From positions 1-45,295 of the IMG/VR virus record IMGVR_UViG_3300035392_000082: a stretch of DNA of 45,295 nt; one strand, 5' to 3'. The position numbers and the translations under genes were made by a program. The stretch's first letter is position 1. The number at the start of each line of letters is the position of its first letter. Positions 9,206 to 20,110 of the stretch are shown in pieces. Under the pieces are notes generated by a model that was not told the origin of the DNA, made no database searches, and saw only the letters and a program-made list of their open reading frames with translations. The DNA comes from a virus (lineage: Duplodnaviria; Caudoviricetes).

Positions 9206-11245
9206 TTAAAACGTATTTGCTATTAGGCTATCAAAAATATGATCTGGTCTATTTATATTGATATAGTTACTTGGTGAAGTGATTGCTGTCTTGTGTCTTT
9301 CATAAGCCATGGATGGTGCCAAACTTCTATTGCTCAATAATAATCTCATTACCCCTAAGCCTGAATCTGTCCATGGTTTTGGTAAACTGTAGTCATTATT
9401 ACTAGCTGATACAATCATGCTACTATATATAACTATTTCTAATATAGCTAAGTTAATTGACAACCTTCTATTTACTAAGTCATGAAATTCAATTAACATC
9501 GCAGTAGGTGACACTACGCTATCTCTATATTTCATATCTTTCACAGTGGCCTCTAGCATTTCTGCTATCTCATGCATATGGTCACCCATAGAAAAATGTC
9601 TCATTGGTAATGAAAGTATAGGCAAACTATAATCCCAGCCACTCATATCAATTAAGTATAGACCATCATCTGTTACACTCCAACCATTGTCTTTTATATG
9701 CTTTAAAAGATCATGTGTCATATTAGCTAATCGTTTACCGATACTAACTCCTAATGTAATTATATCCGTACCTTTATTATCACTGGTAGATACAGTTATA
9801 CTTTTAAATTCAGATATTCTAGATATATTTAAAGATTCAATATCATCTACTAAATTAATATCTGTTAAACCAAACGCCCCTTCAGGATTAATAATTATGC
9901 ATGGCTTTTTGTCTCTAATATCTTTATTTAAGTAATAGAGATTACTATTAAATGTAGTCGTTAAATATTTTCTTTCATATGGTTTTAATACTATACCTTC
10001 GACAGCAGCATTCCCATCTAAATGTTTAATAGATAAAACAATTTGTGAGATTTTTTCAGTCATAGATACGCAAGTAGCGTGACCTAGATTTGTTTTAGCC
10101 GGTATAGCTAATGACGTTTCACCAAAACAAACCTCACAAACACCCGATGGATCAGGATGCATACATCCAGCTACAACAGATCTTATTTTAATTGTTTGCC
10201 CAATTAAATGTGCATCTGATTTCTGAATTACTTTTAAAGTATTACTTGATTCATCTAAATAATACTTTCCAGCTATTGTAGCTAAGTCGCTTTGATTTGT
10301 TTTATTAAAATACTCGTTTTCTTTTGCATCTACATCAAAAACTTGATCAATATCATCTTCAGCAGTTTCTGGTTTAGCATCTCTAACTTTCCATAATAAA
10401 TAATGAGTGCTACCACAGTCTACCATATGTAAATTTTTAACATTTTGGCAAATCAATTGTTGTCGTCTCGAAAAGTATTCGCTCTTTTCTAAAGTGCCTG
10501 TGGAAAATGCTAGACTTTTAGATGCTGATCTAGATTCAACTGCACTGTCGTGTAAAGATCTAAGCCCATGAACGTACCCACGCATGATTGGTTTCTTAAA
10601 TTGATTCGAATCAATATCTGTTAAAAATCCACGTGGGCCTATACATTGCATTACTTGATTTGCATCTACGATGCTGGATCGTGTAGCTTTTATAAGCGGG
10701 TTATTATCTAAAGATATATCTTTGAATAACACATCTTTAATTTCAGAATACACGTAACTAATTGAATTTTGTGTAGGTTCTACTTCATTCATAGCTTTCA
10801 AAATTCTAGGATGTTTAGCAACATTAATAAAATCTATAATATCAATTGATGTTACATATTCCTCTAGACGATAAGTCATATCGTTATACATATGGTTAGT
10901 TATTTCATATGCTAGTCTAGCTAAATCATCTAATAGCTTTACGCGATCAACGGTATTAAATTTATACGTATCGTAAACCGACCATAGACAATTACCAATT
11001 AATTTCAAATGTGTTTTACTACTAATCCTATCATTACCAATTACTGATCTAATGTGATGTTTCTTTAATAGAGGTGTATTAGGATATCTTCTATGATAAT
11101 CCCATGTATAGCTGGAGTAAATTACTTCTTTTTCATTTGTTAAAAATTCACCATCATCAAATGAAATTATAAATACACCTTCTAAATTTTCCCATAGATA
11201 TTCAGTTGAAAACTTTAAAAACTTATTTGCATTTATCTTTAACAT
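9206..11245 (-). CDS. Non-virion RNA polymerase beta'-like subunit, C-terminal part (phiKZ gp74-like)
   Basis: QCIGPRG, bridge-helix-like SEYFSRRQQ, DCGS, RSVVAGC...VCEVCFG Zn site, LSIKH trigger-loop-like motif. ATG 11245 preferred over TTG 11260. Confidence 0.85.
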   Translation of the reverse strand: MLKINANKFLKFSTEYLWENLEGVFIISFDDGEFLTNEKEVIYSSYTWDYHRRYPNTPLLKKHHIRSVIGNDRISSKTHLKLIGNCLWSVYDTYKFNTVDRVKLLDDLARLAYEITNHMYNDMTYRLEEYVTSIDIIDFINVAKHPRILKAMNEVEPTQNSISYVYSEIKDVLFKDISLDNNPLIKATRSSIVDANQVMQCIGPRGFLTDIDSNQFKKPIMRGYVHGLRSLHDSAVESRSASKSLAFSTGTLEKSEYFSRRQQLICQNVKNLHMVDCGSTHYLLWKVRDAKPETAEDDIDQVFDVDAKENEYFNKTNQSDLATIAGKYYLDESSNTLKVIQKSDAHLIGQTIKIRSVVAGCMHPDPSGVCEVCFGETSLAIPAKTNLGHATCVSMTEKISQIVLSIKHLDGNAAVEGIVLKPYERKYLTTTFNSNLYYLNKDIRDKKPCIIINPEGAFGLTDINLVDDIESLNISRISEFKSITVSTSDNKGTDIITLGVSIGKRLANMTHDLLKHIKDNGWSVTDDGLYLIDMSGWDYSLPILSLPMRHFSMGDHMHEIAEMLEATVKDMKYRDSVVSPTAMLIEFHDLVNRRLSINLAILEIVIYSSMIVSASNNDYSLPKPWTDSGLGVMRLLLSNRSLAPSMAYERHKTAITSPSNYININRPDHIFDSLIANTF

Positions 11246-11247
11246 AA

Positions 11248-12186
11248 TTATATTTTCCAAAATGGCATGTATGATTTATAATGAAATGACCATCCGCCAA
11301 TAATTGCATAATGTCCAGCAATAGACAATGGTTTAGATCCACCATATGGTATTACAGATCTATCTACTAAGCTTTTTATGTTAGTGGGTTTATCTGATTT
11401 AATAAGATTATTAATCATGTGTTTATGTGTTTTAGGACTATTGTTTCTATCCATAAGTTCTGCTGTGAATTTCTCACCGCAGTAAGATGAAAATATTCTC
11501 ACCTCAGCTTCTCCGGCTCCGCGTACTGCTTGATTGCGACTTGGTTTACTAAATTTATCTATTTTAGTTAGTTGACTTAATACACCAAAATGAGACAGTT
11601 TACATGAAGATACAGCTGCCCAATCGTCTCCAGTTTTCTCTAATAAAATGAAATACATAGAAGCAATTCTAACTGGGTTTTTAGTCGTCACTAATTTACC
11701 CGAATTACCAATATATGAAACAGGGCCATATGTTGGTTTATAAATACTATTTTCAATTTGTTCCACGATGTCAATTGACTCTGGTTGGTTATCTGGTGGT
11801 AGATGTAAATAAACACCATGTTCTACTATATGTGATAAAACTTCTATATGGGATTCAGTTACTTTACCTTCTATATACCAGTTGTACATTACTGGTGTTA
11901 TTATTTTATAATAATCCAATAAAGTATTAAAAGCATTATTGATTACGGATATATCTAGAGTTTTTAAAATATTAATCGCATTTTTGGAAAAAGTTTTTAC
12001 ACCTAATATTTTACAAATTAATTTGTGAGTGTCTCTATTAGCGGCATTTGTATAAATCTCATAAATCCTACCTAAATTCATCCGTGAAATAGTAGAGTTT
12101 GGATCCATTATAATATCGGCTCTGTTACCCTCGCTATCTACGGGCATGCTGGCAGCTGGATATAGTTGGCATATAATCCCTTTTCC
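11248..12186 (-). CDS. nvRNAP beta-like subunit, exon 2 (phiKZ gp73-like)
   Basis: GKGII...MP...ADIIMDP.STISRMN.G...GEAE beta motifs; joined to exon 1 it gives KMTCLHG|GKGII. Confidence 0.85.
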   Translation of the reverse strand, partial: GKGIICQLYPAASMPVDSEGNRADIIMDPNSTISRMNLGRIYEIYTNAANRDTHKLICKILGVKTFSKNAINILKTLDISVINNAFNTLLDYYKIITPVMYNWYIEGKVTESHIEVLSHIVEHGVYLHLPPDNQPESIDIVEQIENSIYKPTYGPVSYIGNSGKLVTTKNPVRIASMYFILLEKTGDDWAAVSSCKLSHFGVLSQLTKIDKFSKPSRNQAVRGAGEAEVRIFSSYCGEKFTAELMDRNNSPKTHKHMINNLIKSDKPTNIKSLVDRSVIPYGGSKPLSIAGHYAIIGGWSFHYKSYMPFWKI

Positions 12187-14085
12187 CGATGTGTTCAATT
12201 AGGTTCGTTATTCCTAACCCGCTACAGCGACTCTCACGAGCGGCTAAGCTGCTGCATGTCTCCATGCACGTCCAGACTATATCTTCATCCTATTATTTCT
12301 AAGATAGGATGCTTTCCATTTCGAGATCACTAGATCCCTACACCGGCATAACTCGGTTAGTCGTTGAGCTTTATCCATGATAATAATATATTACTGTAGG
12401 ATCTTAGTTGCGGATTGTCTAATTCATTTCTTTGTTACTATACCCAGGTAATTATTCTGGCCACTAATAAATTTCTAATATTAGTTTAGTAGAAATGACT
12501 CTCAAGATGTTCCCGTCAGTTAGAAAAGATTACTTTAACTATTACTAATTAAAGTGGCTCAGCATATAAGTAAAACAATATAACTATTTTTCAATTTCTT
12601 TAAATACCCAAAAACGGTAAGGCGTATTTGTTTTTAAACGATTTTTTATACGTGATTTATCGATATCAAAATACTTCGATGCTTCACGTAATGATGAAAA
12701 TGTCAAAACCTTATTTGTTTCTAAGTGAGTAGCGGAAATGCACTTCGCACTACATTCATACGTGGTAAAATTTGTATTCCATGGTTTATCGCTTTTATAT
12801 CTAAAAGCAAAACCTTTACTAACGCGCGTTTCCCCATTTTTTAATGCGTTCACTATGTAGTGTCTAGCTACATTAATTATTTTAGACATTTGAATTACAC
12901 TATTATTTTCAAATATTTCTCTAGTATCTACTTTGTAAGCTTGGATAGGGCCCACATTGTAATTATCGATTATTTTTATTTGATATTCCGGATATAATTC
13001 TTTAAAACGATCAATGTGATCTTGAATGTTACTCACATTCCAAATACCAAATGTTTTTTTGAATGTTCTTTGATCCGGGTGCGATTCTACTTTGCCATCC
13101 GGATACGTGACTATGAAATTAAATCTACCTGATTTTGTTCCTAATTCATGGTTTTCATAAAACCATGGTGAATCGTCAAGTAGGTCTTTTACTTCGTATT
13201 TATTGCAAACTAATCTATGTTTTGTCTTTTTCTTTAAATTAAATAATTTTGTAGTGATGTCTATTTTCATATATTCACATGCATCTCTAACCGAAGTAAA
13301 ATTTACAACTTCTTTAGTATGAACATTTCTTATTTTACATTTAATGTTATCTGATCGTAATCCATTTTTATATGCATGTACTGAATTATGTTTATAACTG
13401 CACCATTCTAGGTTAGCATAGTAACAATTATTCTTATTTCCATCTAAATGATTAACAATTGGTTTTTCAATGTGATCTTTATTTGGAACCCATGCAAGTG
13501 CAACTAATCTATGCACCATTGTATTACATATTGAATTAATATCTGGATTATAAATTTTAATTGATAAATAGTGAGACAAGTCACGGTTATCAGGTATGAA
13601 TATTAATTTAGATGTCTTTGTATCGTATATTTCACCATATTTACTTATTCCGTATCTTACAAAACCTGGAATGATTCTAAATTCATTTAGAATCATTTTA
13701 GATGATAATGTTTTAAAAGATATTGCTGGTTTTATAATCATTGTTTTACAAGATAATGTGCTTAAGTATTTAGCATTTTTATCCGTGAAGGAAATATTTA
13801 ATATTTTATCCCTGAATATTTCATGTAATTGATCGATTTCAAAATGTGCTAACAAACTTAACCAGGCAGTATCCAATTGCCTAATTATATTCCACATTTC
13901 AACAACTACTTTATTATTGACGATTTCCAGAGTGCATTCCGTACTATCGTTATTTACTATTTTACCACTTAAAGAAATTTTAAAATCATTATTACCAGGT
14001 ATTTTTTTATACATAATACGTGTCCTTTGAATTAACTACATATTATATACTACACTGGCGAGTTTTACAGATATTAGATTTTTGA
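12187..14085 (-). mobile_element. Group I intron with HNH homing endonuclease in nvRNAP beta-like gene
   Basis: 5' site after GGU, terminal G at 12187. P-like AACUGACGGGAAC, Q AAUCCGCAAC, R CUCAACGACUA, S AAGAUAUAGUC. P1 UGGU|UCA pairs with UGAGCCA downstream of the ORF. Confidence 0.9.
12584..14014 (-). CDS. Intron-encoded HNH homing endonuclease (NUMOD4-like + HNH + NUMOD1-like repeats)
   Basis: VHRLVALAW...VNHLDGNKNN...NLEWCSYKHNSVHA; IPGF..Y.IS..G; FTSVRDAC and FSSLREAS repeats. Confidence 0.92.
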   Translation of the reverse strand: MYKKIPGNNDFKISLSGKIVNNDSTECTLEIVNNKVVVEMWNIIRQLDTAWLSLLAHFEIDQLHEIFRDKILNISFTDKNAKYLSTLSCKTMIIKPAISFKTLSSKMILNEFRIIPGFVRYGISKYGEIYDTKTSKLIFIPDNRDLSHYLSIKIYNPDINSICNTMVHRLVALAWVPNKDHIEKPIVNHLDGNKNNCYYANLEWCSYKHNSVHAYKNGLRSDNIKCKIRNVHTKEVVNFTSVRDACEYMKIDITTKLFNLKKKTKHRLVCNKYEVKDLLDDSPWFYENHELGTKSGRFNFIVTYPDGKVESHPDQRTFKKTFGIWNVSNIQDHIDRFKELYPEYQIKIIDNYNVGPIQAYKVDTREIFENNSVIQMSKIINVARHYIVNALKNGETRVSKGFAFRYKSDKPWNTNFTTYECSAKCISATHLETNKVLTFSSLREASKYFDIDKSRIKNRLKTNTPYRFWVFKEIEK

Positions 14086-15246
14086 ACCATGTAGGCAAGT
14101 CATTTTGTATCCTTTTCCAGGTGTGTTTGTATACTCAATTACAAACTCAACACGGAAATCGTCTAATGGTGCTTTTCTATATAGCTTACTAATTTTTTGT
14201 CCAGTACCTTCACTCGTAACAGATAAAGCCTCAACGATTAATCTTTGAAACTCTGGAGTAATCTGTAAAGCATCGCCTCGCTCCCTATAAAATTTTCTCC
14301 ATACAGAAACAATATTACTGTAAAACTGTCTTCTAGCTAAATCATATTTGAGTGCCTGTTTATCCATATGCATATCAGCGTAGTTAGTCTTAGACAAATC
14401 GTGATATATTTTTATATCTACTACTCTACCCCCTGGACCAGCAACATAAGTAGTGCTGTCAAATATAACATCTACCAACATAGTGTCTCTAATACTTTGC
14501 TCTACCGGTGACAAAATATCTGGATCAAAACTACGTAAAGCCATTAATATACCATCTTTTCTTACAAAATCACCTATGTCAGGAAATGGTTTATAATTAT
14601 TTTCATCGCCGTATAAATTCAAAGCAAACTTCTTGTTACCCCATTCAACGACTCTGTGTTCATATGTCTTAAACCTTAGTTTAGGTAAGACATCATCGCT
14701 AATTAGAATGCTATCTTCTGATGATGCTGGATGTGTCATTAATGCGATGTTTAATTCAATACCGTATTTATAATTACTGTCATCTGTAACATTTGGTGAA
14801 TCTAAAAAAACCGTATCTTTCGGTATCATTGCTCCAACATGTAATTGATTTAAACCATTCTTATTTACGTATTGAAATCCAAAATATTGATGATTTGTAC
14901 AATATCTAACTAAACTAATTATACCTAATTCTTTAGTATTAATATCTTCATATATTACAATGATCTGAGGATTTTCATTAATCGAATCTTCACCAAGCGT
15001 AGGTTTGTATCTATCAATAATTTCTACAATCTGTCCATCTACTGGCATTTTAACATTAAAAGTATATTTGCCATATTCCCTTTCAAAACCAGTTTGACAT
15101 TTTCTTTCAGTGGCCCCATCTATAACAAGCATTTGTCCAAGATGAGAACTCACCATATGTAAACGCCCAGAAGAGTCGTGTTGAATCCATGGATTAAAAC
15201 CACTAATGGACATTAAATCTAGGTGTAATTCATTTGGTTGGTTCAT
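14086..15246 (-). CDS. nvRNAP beta-like subunit, exon 1 (phiKZ gp71-like)
   Basis: PWIQHDSSGR.HM.SSH..Q, TGFE, EDSILIS, GRVVDI, GYKMTCLHG. Confidence 0.88.
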
Positions 15247-15281
15247 GTTTTTACCTTTCAGTTAAGTAGAAATAATTCTCA

Positions 15282-15310
15282 CATTTTAGTAATATGTGAT
15301 CACAAAAAAT
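15282..15310 (-). promoter_or_regulatory. Repeated early-type promoter upstream of beta-like subunit
   Basis: ttagtaatatgtg core (minus strand CACATATTACTAA). Confidence 0.65.
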
Positions 15311-15324
15311 TAAAAGGAAATTTA

Positions 15325-15666
15325 ATGGATATTTACGATATGACAATAGATTCTGGAGATGATTTATTTTATTCAAAAAGTTTTATGGATACATTGGAAA
15401 CTCATTTAGATTTTTTTAGAAAAAGCACTAGCACAAGAGTAGTTTCTGTAGATGCAAAAAAAACAGCCATATACGACGGTGATCTATTTGGGTTATTAAA
15501 TGAACTTAATGTAGAACAACGTTATCATTGGTTAATTATGCGAGTAAATAATTTTTACAGTAATTATGATTTTGGTCCAGGTATTACTTCTCTATTAATA
15601 CCGTCTCAAACAGAAATAGAAATTATAAGAAGTTCATATATTTCTACAGGCGTAATGTCTCTTTAA
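15325..15666 (+). CDS. Small protein resembling T4 gp53/LysM-type baseplate wedge proteins
   Basis: AAAGGA RBS before ATG 15325; YHWLIMRVNN...DF...LLIPS pattern. Confidence 0.45.
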   Translation: MDIYDMTIDSGDDLFYSKSFMDTLETHLDFFRKSTSTRVVSVDAKKTAIYDGDLFGLLNELNVEQRYHWLIMRVNNFYSNYDFGPGITSLLIPSQTEIEIIRSSYISTGVMSL

Positions 15667-15673
15667 AAAAAAC

Positions 15674-15705
15674 TATATCCCCTACCAGCTACGGTAGGGG
15701 ATATA
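15674..15705. terminator. Hairpin between convergent genes
   Basis: tatatcccctacc / ggtaggggatata. Confidence 0.7.
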
Positions 15706-15715
15706 TGATGCTTAT

Positions 15716-16972
15716 TTAAATCCTACAAAATCCAACATTTTGTTGATATGGTTGTGGGTATTGTGGCTGATTAAAACCACCCATACCGTACTGACTTGGG
15801 TCAAAAGACCCCCTTAATTGGCTAGGTCCAGGTTGTTGATAATTCATCATTGGGTTACCGATGTTTGCTACACCTGGGTTATTGCGAAGAGATTCGGACC
15901 AATTTAATGTTCCGGTTTGATTAATCACTTGTCCATGGTTAGGTGCCGGTTGTTGCTGCTGGTACTGTTGTTGATATGGTTGCTGATACTGCTGTGGTTG
16001 GTATTGCATAGGTAGTGCTGGTTGCGGTTGTGGTTGTGGTTGAACTGGATTTACTGCATATGTTGGTGCAGTTGCAGGTGGAGGTTGCTCTTTAACGTTA
16101 CCTTCATTACCTGCTAACATTGGAATGGACCTAATTTCATTTTCCATTTGCCCCAAGTTTTCAAACATAGGGACCCAATCATCCTCGTATAAATATTCTT
16201 CTGCATTTACTGACATGTAATCTGAATACACATTTACTACTGTATTAATTCTACACGCAATATTCATTACGCCATGCATTAGAGAATCCAAGAATGGTGC
16301 AATTTGTGACTTACTTCCATAATCCATTGAATTTTCAATTTCGATATCTGGAATAGTGTATTCAAGCAAATGCATTATAATAAGCCTGTCTTTATTCCTT
16401 AGCGTTACTCCGTATGTTTGCTTATCATTTTTTACTAATTCATTATAAAGAGGAAACGTAACAATGACAGCTCGGTTTGATCTAATGCCTTTTACAACAG
16501 CACTTCGTTTTAGATATAACCTAACAATGCATTTCTCTTGATTATCTTTAGACATTGCACTAATTAAAGAAATCAATGCATTCTTAGTTTTCTCATCCGC
16601 ATCTTTAATGCTTGTTAATAGCTCAGCCTGATCAGGTGTTAATTTAGGATGAATATCTACATTTAATACAATCTCCAATAATTCAGTCAATAATTGACCG
16701 ATTACCATATTGAATTTTGTATTAACAGCACTTCTAAATTTAGCCAGTACTGTACTTTCTGGACGCATTGCATTTTCGCTTAATGGATGAAAAGCAATTC
16801 TATTAGACCAATCTCCGTTTTTTAAATGTTCTCTAGTTGGTAAAACTAATCGTTTACCGTCTACAGAAAAAGGCATTGCTGTACCTCGAATGGATGCTGA
16901 TATATATCCTTCATCATCTGATACTAAACTACCTGCTGATAATATTGATTTATAAAAATCTATAATATTCAT
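15716..16972 (-). CDS. Conserved chimallivirus protein (phiKZ gp70-like) with Q/P-rich tail
   Basis: GKRLVLPT and AFHPLSEN motifs; synteny; low-complexity C-terminal about 125 aa. Confidence 0.6.
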   Translation of the reverse strand: MNIIDFYKSILSAGSLVSDDEGYISASIRGTAMPFSVDGKRLVLPTREHLKNGDWSNRIAFHPLSENAMRPESTVLAKFRSAVNTKFNMVIGQLLTELLEIVLNVDIHPKLTPDQAELLTSIKDADEKTKNALISLISAMSKDNQEKCIVRLYLKRSAVVKGIRSNRAVIVTFPLYNELVKNDKQTYGVTLRNKDRLIIMHLLEYTIPDIEIENSMDYGSKSQIAPFLDSLMHGVMNIACRINTVVNVYSDYMSVNAEEYLYEDDWVPMFENLGQMENEIRSIPMLAGNEGNVKEQPPPATAPTYAVNPVQPQPQPQPALPMQYQPQQYQQPYQQQYQQQQPAPNHGQVINQTGTLNWSESLRNNPGVANIGNPMMNYQQPGPSQLRGSFDPSQYGMGGFNQPQYPQPYQQNVGFCRI

Positions 16973-18435
16973 TAAATATCTCCGAAATTAAAATTATTCA
17001 CTATTGACAAATTTGGTTTACTGTCAGATACTTGTGAAAGTATGTTATTAAAATCATTTGCAATTCCAACGCTGTTTAAATAATTATTTGTCACCATCGG
17101 TGTCATTAGTGCGTCACAGAAACTAGGTGTAACATACATTACAAAAGGTCCTGAATTTAACGATAAATTAATCCAAGTTTCTCCTAGTAAATCACATTTA
17201 ATATCAATTGCAAAATCCATTTGACCATTAAACGATAAGTCACGCAATAACTCGTACTCTACTTTAAACAGTACAGATTTTACGTAACTCGTAATATCCA
17301 CATTCTGCATAAAGCTTTTTACATCAATTACCTGTATAGAAACTTTTCCTCCAAAATCTCTATTAGTAGCTTGAATATGTATTAAGTTTATACAAAAATC
17401 TAACATATAACCTGGTAAAGACTGGCTCACGCATGTAGCGAAAACTGTTTCATTGTCAGCTGCAGCCCAATCGGATGTTAAGCCTGTTTGATGTAATGTA
17501 GCCCTAGTTGTAGTTGTTAGTGGTAATACTTTCGTTGTATTAACAACATTGTTATCAATGCCAATTAAATCACCGTAACAAAAACTATCACCATTACCAT
17601 TGTACTTACTTCTTAATATCGCCATGAATGGATCTTCACTAACGCTATTAGAGCTATTAAGGCTACTAGCTCGATGCAAAATCTCCTCACGCGTATCATT
17701 AATACCTTCATTAGGTTTTACTTTCATATAGCTGTCAATGATACTAGATACGTATACTGGCGCAATAGCGTTTGTTCTTTTTGACTTTATAGGAATTGTA
17801 GTTAACAGTGTTTGAGTATCTAGAAAATCAGTTAAACCTTCCGATACTTGTATATCTGCTGTATCCATTTGTAAATAAATATCTTCTGGTCGCATTACAA
17901 AAGAATTATTACCGGACTGTACTGTGGAATATTGGTTATTAATCAATACGTGACTAGCATCAATACTATTTTGATACAACTGCGTACCTAATGGTGTCGT
18001 ATGTGACATGTAGCGTGTAGCATTAATCCCGTTAATAAAGAACCTCATATTAGGATCTAATTGATTACTCAAACTAACTCCTGCATAATCAGTATAACCC
18101 ACTACGTATTCTGTAATAATGCACCCCATTTGTTCTTCGATTTGTAGCTCTAAGAAAAATCGTAGTCTACGCTCATTCCACCCGTTTGGAATATAGAGGT
18201 GACTTTCAGGTTGAGCACTAGGGTGTAAAAATTGACTAGCCACACCTGTCAAATTACTAGCTAAGACTTCTTTACTACCGACACTCTTTTCCACAATAGT
18301 GTTAAATGTCTTATGATTCATGCTACTTACAAATGGCCGTTTCCATTGTTGGTTATATGTTCCAGTTTCCTGGATAATAAACTTTACTACACGCATTTGT
18401 TTCATGCCATACATTGTTGTTTGATGAAAACTCAT
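16972..18435 (-). CDS. picA: Probable phage-nucleus protein importer PicA/Imp1 (phiKZ gp69-like)
   Basis: Position directly after the gp68-like gene, similar size. Mainly synteny; start uncertain. Confidence 0.6.
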   Translation of the reverse strand: MSFHQTTMYGMKQMRVVKFIIQETGTYNQQWKRPFVSSMNHKTFNTIVEKSVGSKEVLASNLTGVASQFLHPSAQPESHLYIPNGWNERRLRFFLELQIEEQMGCIITEYVVGYTDYAGVSLSNQLDPNMRFFINGINATRYMSHTTPLGTQLYQNSIDASHVLINNQYSTVQSGNNSFVMRPEDIYLQMDTADIQVSEGLTDFLDTQTLLTTIPIKSKRTNAIAPVYVSSIIDSYMKVKPNEGINDTREEILHRASSLNSSNSVSEDPFMAILRSKYNGNGDSFCYGDLIGIDNNVVNTTKVLPLTTTTRATLHQTGLTSDWAAADNETVFATCVSQSLPGYMLDFCINLIHIQATNRDFGGKVSIQVIDVKSFMQNVDITSYVKSVLFKVEYELLRDLSFNGQMDFAIDIKCDLLGETWINLSLNSGPFVMYVTPSFCDALMTPMVTNNYLNSVGIANDFNNILSQVSDSKPNLSIVNNFNFGDI

Positions 18436-18457
18436 TTTTCTTTCCTTTTAAAAAATG

Positions 18458-19987
18458 TTACCGACTCTTTACTAACTCAATAATTAACCGTGCTAATAAT
18501 ATTTTAATATCTGGTGGACAACTAAATCTCCTATTCCCGTCTTTTCCTGTTACTTCTAAAACAAATTCATCACCGATAGTTAATAACCAATCTCTTTGAC
18601 TTAATTCTTTTTCTATTTCATCTATAGCGCTAATTATTACATTCGCTACCTTACCTTTTTTTCTTTGAGAATTAATTTTATTAAATGGATACCATTTATT
18701 AAGTTCATTCATTAAGTCTGCAGGTATGCGTGTTCTAGAATCAATGCCACTCAACATTGCATCGTCACCACTAGTAGCAATGGCGCTCATTAAACAAGCT
18801 AATACTTTATGGTTACTTTCCCATAATAAAGTTTGAGCTATTGCAATTGCATTTATAACATGTTTTTTACTTAAATGATCAATTCCCCTAGGAGATACGA
18901 CTGGTTTTAAAACGTACTGAGCAATAGCTACTTGTGGTTTCCATATTTGTTGATCATTTAAAGCTAACCTACTATTGTTGATAAAATACTCTAATAATTC
19001 CAAATTAACATTCGGTTTTAATTGCAATGCAACATTAACCGGGTTATCCATGTAATGCTCAAGAATTACAATATCGCCTAAAGGTAATTCTGTTTTTATC
19101 TTATATGTTTCTAATCTAGAAGCATTATGTTCATTATAAGAATCTCCACTCTCAAATTCTTTAGCCTTTACCATATTAGCAAAGTTTCCAGTATTTGAAT
19201 TATTTACTTTATGACTTACAAAATTCCATATGAAGGTAACTATAGAAGATGTTTGATTAATGCCTGTGATATCGCCTATACAAAGTTTATTTATTAATAC
19301 TTTTGCAAGCAACCAATCAGGATATGTTTCGCTTCCAATTCCATTTATAATAGACTGATATAATGGTTTATCAGATAAAATATTATTTGATACATATACC
19401 CTCAATTTTTCCATTGGCGGCGAGTTTATTATATTGGATTTAGCCAATAATTGAAAAGCAAAAAACTCTTTGAATAACGTATCTGTTTCTCTTTTTGTTC
19501 TATAAATAAATTCTCCCCATACAGGTATCATTATTCTTAAACATATTGTCATTGCTAATAATTCAACATAATCAGATTTCAAATATGTTTTTTCTCTACT
19601 ACCTGGTTTTTCATCTGAGGCAATATATACATCATCCATTTCGTAAACAAATGTTATATCTGAATGAAAATTCATCCAATGGTTAACATCGTCTAATAAA
19701 TGATCATCAAATAAATCTTTCACTAAATCCGATAACCCGTATATTAGTAAAGAAGGTTCATATATCTCCTCAAGCATATTTTTAATCTTACTAAACGTAA
19801 TAAAGATTTTCTCTTGTTTATATCCAGGTAAAAAACACCAATACTGATTTATATGTTTGAATACATCGTAACCAGATCTAAATACTTTTTTATCAAAACA
19901 AGATATGCTCCAATTAATAACATCGTTGTTATTAAACATATGCAATATACCATCTTTTAAACTATCTTCAGAGATTTCGATTCGCAT
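18458..19987 (-). CDS. nvRNAP fifth (sigma-like) subunit (phiKZ gp68-like)
   Basis: TYLKSDY.EL...IPVWGEFI; synteny. Likely start ATG 19987 (AAGGG RBS). Confidence 0.65.
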   Translation of the reverse strand: MRIEISEDSLKDGILHMFNNNDVINWSISCFDKKVFRSGYDVFKHINQYWCFLPGYKQEKIFITFSKIKNMLEEIYEPSLLIYGLSDLVKDLFDDHLLDDVNHWMNFHSDITFVYEMDDVYIASDEKPGSREKTYLKSDYVELLAMTICLRIMIPVWGEFIYRTKRETDTLFKEFFAFQLLAKSNIINSPPMEKLRVYVSNNILSDKPLYQSIINGIGSETYPDWLLAKVLINKLCIGDITGINQTSSIVTFIWNFVSHKVNNSNTGNFANMVKAKEFESGDSYNEHNASRLETYKIKTELPLGDIVILEHYMDNPVNVALQLKPNVNLELLEYFINNSRLALNDQQIWKPQVAIAQYVLKPVVSPRGIDHLSKKHVINAIAIAQTLLWESNHKVLACLMSAIATSGDDAMLSGIDSRTRIPADLMNELNKWYPFNKINSQRKKGKVANVIISAIDEIEKELSQRDWLLTIGDEFVLEVTGKDGNRRFSCPPDIKILLARLIIELVKSR

Positions 19988-20010
19988 GAATACCCTTTCA
20001 AAAATATATA

Positions 20011-20040
20011 CCAGATTAGTAATATGTGGTTTAAAAAAAG
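20011..20040 (-). promoter_or_regulatory. Repeated early-type promoter
   Basis: ccagattagtaatatgtggttt, near-identical to the 30401 and 40204 copies. Confidence 0.7.
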
Positions 20041-20064
20041 TAGATAGTTTATTAGTTATCATTT

Positions 20065-20099
20065 CTGTACATTAGCAACAAATAGTTACTAATGTACAG
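20065..20099. terminator. Hairpin downstream of ChmC-like gene
   Basis: ctgtacattag / ctaatgtacag. Confidence 0.55.
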
Positions 20100-20110
20100 T
20101 ATGATTAATG

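Noticed and set aside
12187-12540. Repeats as CRISPR array, tRNA or IS ends
   Set aside because: No repeat-spacer periodicity, cloverleaf or transposase; explained by group I intron cores.
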